NCBI GenBank assembly: GCA_951406725.2
Contig: OX597819.1
Location: forward strand, 93,744,001 to 93,808,000
Direction: 5' to 3'
Length of the DNA stretch: 64,000 nt
Origin: Octopus vulgaris
Taxonomy: Eukaryota
A program made the position numbers and the translations under genes. A model generated the notes under the pieces. It worked only from the letters and a program-made list of their open reading frames with translations, did no database searches and was not told the origin of the DNA. Below, piece by piece: positions 53,736-64,000 of this stretch. Position 1 is the first letter of the stretch. The number at the start of each line of letters is the position of its first letter.

Positions 53736-54149
53736 GGCAGACTTCTTTCAGTTTCAATCTACTAAATCCACTGACAAGATTTAGGTCTGCCTGAGGCAAT
53801 AGTAGAAGTCACTTGCCTAATGTGCCATGCTGTGGGACTGAACTCAGAACTATGTGGTTGGGAAGCAAGTTTCTTACCACACAGCCATGCTTAGCAATAT
53901 TTCATCTGCCATTACGCTCTGGGTTCAAATTCCACCAAGTTCAAAGAATAAGTCCTGGGGTCGATTTGCTCGACTAAAGGCGGTGCTCCAGCATGGCCAC
54001 AGTCAAATGACTGAAACAAGTAAATGAATAAAAAGATATCAAACTATGTGAAACAAAGACATTTCTCTTCCACTTTTTATATATATTTTCCACATATATA
54101 TGTACATATATACACACACACATATATATATAAGTTTATATACATACAC

Positions 54150-54570
54150 ACGTGCAATGTGCAACATTACTTTTTCTAGTTAATACGAAATCATATGCAA
54201 TATTAATTCTATCTATACATTATATGCTAAGATATATGTGCAACATTACTTTCATCTATTCATTATATGCTAAAACATTCATTTATCAACGGTGCAGCAT
54301 TAATTTCATCTGTTGATTATATATAAACACATATATTCATAATTGTGCAATATTAATTTAATCTATTCATTATATGCTAAAACATATTTATACATGTGCA
54401 ATATTAATTTAATCTATTGATTATAAGCTAAAACATATTTATACATATGTAACATTAATTTTATTCATTTATTATATATAAAGACATATACATACATTCA
54501 TATATATTCGACATCAATTTTATCTACTTGATGTATATTAAACAATATATTTTTACAAGTGCAACACACC
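54150..54570. repeat. degenerate ~51-bp AT-rich minisatellite (right part)
   Basis: ATCTATTCATTATATGCTAAAACATATTTATACATGTGCAATATTAATTTA unit, e.g. starting at 54361 and 54412. Confidence 0.8.
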
Positions 54571-55606
54571 TATTCAAATTGTGTCCCAATCTTAAAAACT
54601 GAACAACTAATATCATCTATCATCATCACCATCATTATCATCATCCTTTAACATCCGTTTTCCATGCTGGTATGGGTTGGACAGTTTGACCAGAGCTGGC
54701 AAGCAGGAGAGTGGCATTAAGTTCCAGTCTGATTTGGCATGACTTCTACAGCTGGATGCCCCCTTCCTAACATCCACCACTTTAGAGTGTTGCTAAGTGA
54801 TTTTAAGGGCTTTGATATTGGGCCAGCACAAGCACTTTTTATGTGGCACTGGCACAGGCCCATAGGGCCAATTCTCTCCATCAGGGGAGGGTGAGCATTA
54901 GTACTTCTGCTGTGGAGGACAGGTTTTCTTGAGTACAGCAAGACAACAGACATTTTGGTCCATTGTCATCTCCTCAATAAGGTTTTACATATTTACATAT
55001 TCTCACATACTGCTAGACATAGTAATCAAATATCTTTCATATCACACACCCTGCCATCTTATAAAATAAATGAAGGACACAAGCTGCATCATGTTTCAGT
55101 ATAAAATAGGATGATGTCAGCTAGAACACTTTTAATTATAGATCTGTTTAAGCTGGTTTGGCTTGTAGCTAAACAGAAGAAGCACTATTTCACTCTTTAT
55201 TTGTTAACTGGATTGTGATTATGAGTTTTAGAGATTATGAAATTTCCAAGAAGAAAATGGTAAGAAGCTTGACTGTGTAGTTAGGAAGTGGATTTTACAA
55301 TAATTGTATTTGAGTATGAGCCCACTGTAACAGTACTGTGGTGAAGCCTCTTCTCTCATAGCCATATGTACACATATATGTGTATGTTCCAGTGCGTTGC
55401 ATGGGAGTGCATAGTGTGTGTGGACTGTACAGGTTGCTCAGTTTATGTAATAGGATTTGCTGCAGACAAAGGTATGTTTAAAGAAGGTGGTGGCCAGATT
55501 GGCTTCTGCACAAAGTGGTCAAAATCCATGCAACATCACAAGTGTGTACCTGCATGTATGTATGTCTGCACGTGGACGTATCTGTAAGTATGTGTATGTG
55601 TGTCCA

Positions 55607-55663
<57 letters not shown>

Positions 55664-55734
55664 GTGCATGCATGCATGTGTGTAAAGCAGTGCATTATGA
55701 TAATTCACATAAAGTCAACTGAAGGAAAAAATGT

Positions 55735-55898
55735 CAGGAAAGGAGTTGCTGTGTGGTAAGTAGCTTGCTTACCAGCCACATGGTTTCAGGTTCATTCCCA
55801 CTGCGTGGCACCTTGGGCAAGTGTCTGCTGCTATAGCCTCAGGCCGACCAAAGCCTTGTGAGTGGATTTGGTAGACAGAAACTGAAAGAAGCCTGTCG

Positions 55899-55931
<33 letters not shown>

Positions 55932-56175
55932 GTGTGTGTGTATGTATGTATATATGTATGTATGTATGTATGTGTTTGTCCCCCGAACATCACTTAACAA
56001 CTGATGGTGGTGTGTTTATGTCCCCCGTAACTTAGCGTTTTGGCAAAAGACACTGATAGAATAAGTACTAGGCTTCCAAAGAATAAGTCCTAGGGTCGAT
56101 TTGCTCGACTAAAAAGGCAGTGCTCCAGCATGGCCACACTCAAATGACTGAAACAAGGAAAAGAGTAAAGAGAGT
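55735..56175 (+). mobile_element. SINE family A, full length (further copies at ~39020-39490 -, ~46300-46830 -, ~53460-53890 -, ~58981-59135 +)
   Basis: Matches the family-A consensus. Confidence 0.88.
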
Positions 56176-57514
56176 TAAATGAGAACCGTAAAAGTAAAGT
56201 TCCTTCTTGAACCATACAGACTCATAAGGGCCAGCTTCCCAGTTTCCCAGTTTCCATGGCGTATATATTCTCCACCTGGATGGGATGCTAATCCATCACA
56301 GAATTACTCATTTTTGTCAGCTGAGTGGACTGGAGCTATGTGGAATAAAGTATTTTGCTAGAGAACACAATGCGTTGCCTGGTCCAGGAATCAAAACCAC
56401 AATCTTATCACCTAGAGTCCAACACCCTAACCACTGAGTCCCGTGCCTCCACAATGAGAACAGTGTACCCTCTTGGGTCAAATAAAGGGTTGGGTTCAAA
56501 ATTCCAATACAGCAACTGACTTCAACACAAGACACCTGAAGAAGGCTGGAGCATAGAACAGCTAAAACAGTGAAAATAACAATCAAGATAAGAACACAAG
56601 TCCAACAAATATTAACAGTATACATTATATAAACTTCTCGTCTCAGAAATGTAGAATTGTATTAAACCAGCATACTTTGTTATTTATATCCTTAACAGGA
56701 TTTCTATAATTCAATATGTCTGTGAATGTAGTCATGAACTAAGAAGAAGAATGGTAAAATTAGCATGAGTCTAAAAACTAGAGCTCATATAATCGACTAA
56801 AATACTTGAAGATGATGTTCCAACTTGCTCACAGTCTAATGGCTGAAACCTGTAATAAAAAAAATATATATAAATGAATAAATGAGAAAGCCATAAAAGG
56901 CATTAAAATTTCCTAATTTTTAATGAGTTAAAAATATTTAAATGTATTTAGATATGCTGAAATGGTATCCCTTACAAAATAATTCTAGATAGGAAAGGCA
57001 TAAATTTGGAAGAACATAGCAATTACCATCATTATCATTTAGAATTTCCACAACTGATTAGAAAATGAGACTTATCTGATTACTACCTGGTATGTCCAAA
57101 ATTCTGCGGATTGGCACCTTAATTGCATGGGCAGAAAGAGGTCAAGAGATGGTGATTTAATAGTATACTATGAGTGATGGCTTCTGATGGCATATACTTC
57201 TAGTAAAACAAAACTGAATCACATGCTTGTGCAGATTAACCTTGTCACATATATTTACATACATATACTTACATACACATATATGCATGCACAGATACAA
57301 GCACAGGTAGATATTTTCATACCTGTTTGTACATGCATACACTCATTTAGAAGTGTGCCTGCATACCTCTACTTACACCTGCATACACATATATATATAT
57401 ACATCAAACCTGTATGAATATAAAGACATATCTTCATATATATCAGTGAACTTGCACTTTAAATGACCTGGCATTAATTGCGCAACATACATGAGACCAT
57501 ATATGTGTGTGTGT

Positions 57515-57810
57515 CATCATCATTATCATCATCATCATCATCACATCATCATCACCATCATCATCATCACCATCATCATCACCACCACCACCACCACCAC
57601 CAATACCACCATCATCACCATCATCATCACCATCATCATCACCATCACCATCATCATCATCATCATCATTATCATCATCATCACTATCATCATCACCACC
57701 ACCACCACCACTACCAGTACCACCACCACTACCACCGTCATCATCACCATCATCACCACCACCATCACCAATACCACCACCACCATCACACCATCATCAC
57801 CAGCATCATT
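57515..57810. repeat. long compound (CAT)n/(CAC)n tract, expanded tail of a (GAT)n-tailed retroposon
   Basis: Directly visible and followed by AACGTCCATTTTCCATAC; explains the poly-His/Ser/Pro ORFs. Confidence 0.9.
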
Positions 57811-58395
57811 GTCATTCAACGTCCATTTTCCATACCGGTACAGGTTAGACGGTTTGACTGGAGCTGGTAAGCTGGAGTGCTGCACCAGGCTCCAGTCTGT
57901 TTTGGCTTGGTTTCTTAAACGGTATTCCCTTCTTAAAGCCAACTAGTACAATCTAGAGAGTGTACTGGACGTCTTTTATCTGTCACTGGCACAGGTGCCT
58001 TTTATATGTCACTGGCATAGGTGCCTTTTATATGTCACTGGCATTAACCAGGACCATGATTTCACTTAACATGACACGTTTTCTTACGCATAGCAAACCA
58101 CCAGAAGTCTCAGTCACTTGTGATCACCTCAGTGAGACTCAACAACCGAACATCATATTTCACTACCTTATCCCATATTTTCCTGCTCTACCTCCTCCAC
58201 TGGTGTCCTCCATAATTAGCGATCATTATCATCATCATCATCGTTTAACGTGTCCGCTTTCCATGCTAGCATGGGTTGGACAATTTGACTGAGGACTAGC
58301 GAAACAGATGGCTGCACCAGGCTCCAATCTGATCCTTGTTTATATATATTTCACATACACACACACACAAATATACCTATATGCATATATACACA

Positions 58396-58431
<36 letters not shown>

Positions 58432-58929
58432 TTAACATCTATTTACCATACTGGCATGAGTTAGACAGTTTGATAGGATCCAATATATCCAAGTACTGCA
58501 TCGAGCTCCAATACACACATATGCATATATATATAGATATGTACATATACAAAAAATATACATATATACACATTCATATACACATACATATGTATATACA
58601 TATGTGTGTGTATATATGTGTGTGTAAGGATGTCTACAAATGTGCATGTAAACATGTATGTGTATGTTTGTCTGTGTCTGTAGGTTTCTACATCTTCTGA
58701 CAACATGACATAGTTATAAGCAAGTGTCACCGTCAGGCAAGTGGTGTCATTCATTTCCAGTCATTTCTGAAATTACATCTAGTGATTTTGAAATATCAGC
58801 TTGCTTGGAAACAGGTGTGGCCTGGCAACAGGAAGAGCATCTGGTCATAGAAAATTGGCCTTAAAGAGATTTGTACAATACATACAAGCATAGAGAATTT
58901 GATGTCAAAATGATAATAATGAATATGGT

Positions 58930-58982
<53 letters not shown>

Positions 58983-59623
58983 TACAGGAGTGGCTGTGTG
59001 GTAAGTAACTTGCTTACCAACTACATGGCTCCAGGTTCAGTTCCACTGCATGGCACCTTGGGCAAGTGTCTTCTGCTATAACCTTTCACTGACCAAAGCC
59101 TTGTGAGTGGATTTGGTAGATGGAAACTGAAAGTGTGTGTGTCTGTGTGTGTGTCTGTGTGTGTGTCTGTGTGCGTGTGTGTGTGTGATAAAGAAAATGG
59201 AGAGTGTGAACACAGAAATAAATTTATTTATATAATAGTCAATTTCGTGTTGCCTACGCATGTTTCAGTTTCTCACCTCCATTCCTATTTTACAATTCAA
59301 ATTGCATTGTGAATTTAAAAGGTAAAAATCTCTTCAGGACTAAAATTGACAACAGGAACTTTATAAGTGTGGACTGCTGATGTTGAAGAAGAACCATCCA
59401 TAAGCACTAATACTAACACAAATTAACAAATTCCATGAAAATTAATTGATATAGAGCTAAACTCATGTACACTTGGATGAAATACATCCCTGAGAAAGAA
59501 AATCTTCTTTCCATTCAAAACTATATGTGTGTGTGCATATATACATGTATAGATATATACATCTATATATACATATATCTATACATTTATGCATATGTAT
59601 ACATATATACGTGTGTATGTATG

Positions 59624-59694
<71 letters not shown>

Positions 59695-60001
59695 GTATGT
59701 ATCATTATATATTTTTATCTATGTATGTCATGTATATGTGTATGTATTTATGTATATATAATGGTAGGTGTGTATGTATGTACAAATATGTGTATGTATG
59801 TATGTATGTATGTATGTATGTATATACATATATATCAATAATTATGTATGTATTTGTATGTATCAGTGGCATATGGTGGCAGTGATCACATGGTTCCTAA
59901 ACCTACAACTCTGGTATAAGTATATTGCAAATTAGTTAGACAAGCTTTATGCTTTTTCAGTACAATACCATTTCAACTTGACTTAATCTTTGTTGAGTAT
60001 A

Positions 60002-60565
60002 CAGTAATAACTTGCCATATCATGGTTCACCTATCACGTCTTCAGTACACCATGGAATTTTCTGGCTAATATATGTAATTTTAAATTGTGGATTCCTCAG
60101 TAAATCACAGGTTTCTGCAGCCGATAGGTATTTATATCTTTTTAGATTTTAATTATTTCTATGGTACAATAAGCATTTTCACACCTAAAAATTAATGAAT
60201 TAATAAATAAAAGTAGAGTACAGTACTGCATTGTATAACACATTAATTAAAATATATTAAAAGACAATAAGTAGTGTATCGTAGATGAGTAAACAAAGAA
60301 TCGCACGTACTGTATGGAAAGTGAAGTTCAGGGGTGTGTGTGTGGGGTTTTGCATTTGTGCGTAAAATTGCGAATTCATTTCAAGCCTTATTATCACCCA
60401 AACATTTTATACATTCTAAGGCTTCTGGCAGTCAACCCAATAAAAGCTTAAATATATAAAAGTAATTTAAAAAATATACAGTACAGTACTGTTTCTACTT
60501 CACGGATTTTCACCTATTCCAGGGGATTTTGGAACATAACCCCTGTGATAGTCGAGGGATTACTG
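60002..60565. mobile_element. pogo/Tigger-like non-autonomous element
   Basis: TA-CAGTAATAACTTGCCATATCA ... TGATAGTCGAGGGATTACTG-TA: imperfect TIRs starting CAGTA, with TA target site. Confidence 0.65.
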
Positions 60566-60574
60566 TACAGTACC

Positions 60575-60785
60575 TCCCTGACGTACATGTTTTGGGGACA
60601 TGACAAGCCAGCAGTTGTTCTGTGTGTTCACCATCTGATTCTGGCTAAACCTTTTCTTGTCTGAGGAAAAAAAAAGCATGTTAAGTTGGAGGGGATGCTT
60701 AAGTTTGTTCAAAAGCTTCATAGCACGGTCTTTATTCTTGTCCTTGATGGCTTGGGATAAAAATTGGCCCTTTCTCATCTTGTAG
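60575..60785 (-). mobile_element. IS630-Tc1-mariner (maT/DD37D-like) transposase fragment
   Basis: Minus ORF KLLNKLKHPLQLNMLFFSSDKKRFSQNQMVNTQNNCWL resembles FFSDEKxF.Q....N.QN.RW around the first catalytic Asp. Confidence 0.7.
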
Positions 60786-61030
60786 CGTATGGAAAGGTTT
60801 ATACAAGGAAGAGTCAACTTATTCCCTTCCATATCAGCTAACTCTGATGTGCATTAGGTTATATAATTGGATTGTTACTTAACACCCCATCGTATTCCTT
60901 ATGTGAAACTAATAGGTAAGATCAACCATCATGAATATATTATACTTTATATTTCGGATAATATATCTTCACTATATTGACAGATATACAAGTGCATCTT
61001 TCCCTTGTCTTATGTTCTCTTAGATGATTC

Positions 61031-61154
<124 letters not shown>

Positions 61155-61730
61155 GCACACACACACATATATATATACACTCCTAAACCAGTTGTTAAGT
61201 ATCCCACCCTTGAGGAAAGGGATCAATGTTAGACAGGTTGAAACAATTGTAGTGAGTAATAAATATTTTTGTATCCTCCATCTTCCGTCCCTCTCATTAA
61301 TCAAATATATATATATATATACAATGTAAATTATAGTCATATTGAATTTCAAAGCAATCTCTATTATCATGTACATCAAGACTTTATGGTTCCTTCACCA
61401 AGAATATACTTTAAGAATGACCATCTAACAATGAATTCTTCAATTCTTTTCACCTACCCACATGGGTTAAAACTTTGAACAAAACTGCATAGGAATGTCT
61501 ACCCAGGATGAATATGTACTGGAGCTGAGTCAACTAAATGTGCATAAATGCTACATCAAAGGATTGTAGGACATTTTATGCTGCAGAAACACGTGTCAAA
61601 TTGGAATTTGATGTGAATTTCAAGACACTAATACTGTAATAAATAAGTTTTGAAGTTTTATAATTCTTCATTCTTCTTAATGATCTTGATTATAAACGTG
61701 TTTATGCATGTGTATCTATCTATCTATATA

Positions 61731-61773
<43 letters not shown>

Positions 61774-61778
<5 letters not shown>

Positions 61779-61971
61779 ATCCAAACAAGAAAGCACAAAA
61801 AACACAACAACGCCAGGACATGGAACTATTATAGCATTATTGGACGCTCAGGAAAGAAGGAGGGTTTGACGTTTCAAGCGGAGCTCTTCGTCGGAAACAT
61901 AGGAGAAGGAATGATCCAGAGAAGAGAAGACAGAGGAAAAAAATCGCCATCAGTACACATGCGGTCACATT

Positions 61972-61976
<5 letters not shown>
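61774..61976 (-). mobile_element. ~200-bp hammerhead-bearing element, copy 4, in (TA)n
   Basis: Minus strand 61898->61864 reads GTTT-CCGACGA-A-GAGC-TCC-GCTT-GAAAC-GTC-AAAC. Pure (TA)n on both flanks. Confidence 0.8.
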
Positions 61977-62013
<37 letters not shown>

Positions 62014-62302
62014 ATCTGGAGAGAGTAATTCTCTTTTAGTACCTTATTATTTAACACACTCACCAGCTAAGTTTCTACTCAGTTACTTATTTATGTTTCC
62101 TAAAATTTCTGTTGCATCTGGCAAACCAAATCCAAAAACGAAGTATATATACATACATATATATATATATATATATATTTCATGTCCAATGAAATATATG
62201 AAATATAAAAGCCGGACTAGACTACAAAAAAAAAAGAAAACAGGCGCAACTCCATTGTCTCCCAAGACAGAAAAGATGCCAATACCAATATATATACATA
62301 CA

Positions 62303-62333
<31 letters not shown>

Positions 62334-62859
62334 GTATGTATAAATATATATGTGTGTGTGTGTGTGTGTGTACATACTTCACTGACTTCTACCTACTTTC
62401 CATTAATTCCACTCACAATATATATATATCCAAGTTTTACCTAATGTCACAACAGAAAACACTTGACACATGCTAAAGATGTTGCATCAAAGAATTGAAC
62501 CCCAAACCACATTTGTGTGAATCAAACTGCTTAACTAAACATCCATGTATGCACTTACATACTTGTAAAAATATTGTTCCAACATGTGTGTTATGTTTTC
62601 TTTATGCTTTTTATATATACACACACTTACATCCATTATTTCTTGCTTGCATGAGTTTATCTGTTGCAGAAAATGGATTTACATCTGGATAATCTCTTTT
62701 TACTTCTAATCACTGAAGTGTGAGCAAAGAGTGTAACCTATTCTTTTTTTTTTTTAACTGAGGCAAACTGAAACAAGCAGATTTACAATGAATTGTTTTA
62801 CAAAGCAAACCACAGTGACAGTAGCAAGGCATGAAACTTTGAAACATTGTACCTCACAT

Positions 62860-62910
62860 AGATAGATAGATAGATAGATACATACATACATACATACATA
62901 CATACATACA

Positions 62911-62977
<67 letters not shown>

Positions 62978-63079
62978 GTAAATATATATGTATATATATA
63001 TATGTATATATGTATATATATGTAAATATATATGTATATATATATATGTATATATGTATATATATGTAAATATATATGT

Positions 63080-63149
<70 letters not shown>

Positions 63150-63613
63150 TACATACACATACAAATATATGCATGCATACAACATACATACGTATATATT
63201 TATATTTATGCATATGTGTGTGTGATATGTCAGTGTGCATATTGAATGTATATATATATATATATAAATGTGTGTGTACACATACATACATGCATACATG
63301 CATATGCACATGCAGGCATGCATACATGCAAATACACAAAGCATAAGGTGTCTCTGATGTTAAGCTTCAGGTCTTAATATTGTCATTGCATGGTGCCCCT
63401 GAGAATGGCATCTACTTTGCTTGTTCTAGAACGAAAATGAAACAGGCTCCATTCATACTTCACAGTTGAGCAGTTAGCTGTAGGAATGGCATCCAATGGC
63501 ATCCAGCTGTAAAAACCAATTGCCATAACAAATAAATCATCTCACCTACGCAAGCATGGTAAAAATGGATGCAAAGCAGCAACACAGACACACACAAACA
63601 TGCACATATATGC

Positions 63614-63663
<50 letters not shown>

Positions 63664-63842
63664 TATATATATATATATATAATATACATATACATATATA
63701 TATGAATATGTATATATATATAAATGGATATATATATATATATATATATAAATGGATATACATATATATATATATATATATTTATATGTACATATACATA
63801 TATATATATATATATGAATATGTGTATATATATATAAAATGG

Positions 63843-63893
<51 letters not shown>

Positions 63894-63912
63894 AATGGAT
63901 ATACATATATAT

Positions 63913-63989
<77 letters not shown>

Positions 63990-64000
63990 CATTTATATAT
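62860..64000. repeat. long compound (TAGA)/(TACA)/(TA)n microsatellite fields
   Basis: Directly visible. Similar fields at ~16950, 17300, 27280, 38440, 39500, 41500, 45050, 59530 and 61030. Confidence 0.95.

Noticed and set aside
57478-57946. Poly-His and Ser/Pro-rich ORFs in several frames
   Set aside because: The stop-free (CAT/CAC)n tract is the expanded tail of a retroposon.
61495-61605. GAAAC-ACGT-GTC palindromic stem-III-like motif
   Set aside because: The upstream core box and stem I cannot be identified convincingly.

Overview
AT-rich, microsatellite-dense animal genomic DNA. The repeat families point to an octopus or other coleoid cephalopod (my inference). The whole window reads as intron of a T-type voltage-gated calcium channel (Cav3) gene on the + strand. 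I recognise only one exon, 47208-47305 (98 nt, domain I S3-S4, [17 protein letters not shown]). The rest is mostly repeats: tRNA-derived SINEs, LINE remnants (CR1/L2-like, RTE-like), Tc1/mariner/pogo/hAT/piggyBac-type remnants and MITEs, and simple repeats. Almost all ORFs in the supplied track are microsatellite or SINE artefacts. The notable signal is RNA structure inside the channel's introns. (1) A young, 5'-truncated Penelope-like retroelement (49542-~51775) has an open endonuclease C-terminus and a perfect 225-bp inverted repeat; each arm holds a complete type I hammerhead ribozyme, and the right-hand one is in the sense of the Cav3 pre-mRNA. (2) Four copies of a ~200-bp element carry a minimal hammerhead. 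(3) A near-perfect ~300-bp local inverted duplication spans 17445-20716. (4) A TSD-flanked foldback element lies at 36933-37363. All calls were made by eye; repeat boundaries are approximate unless a TSD or TIR is quoted.
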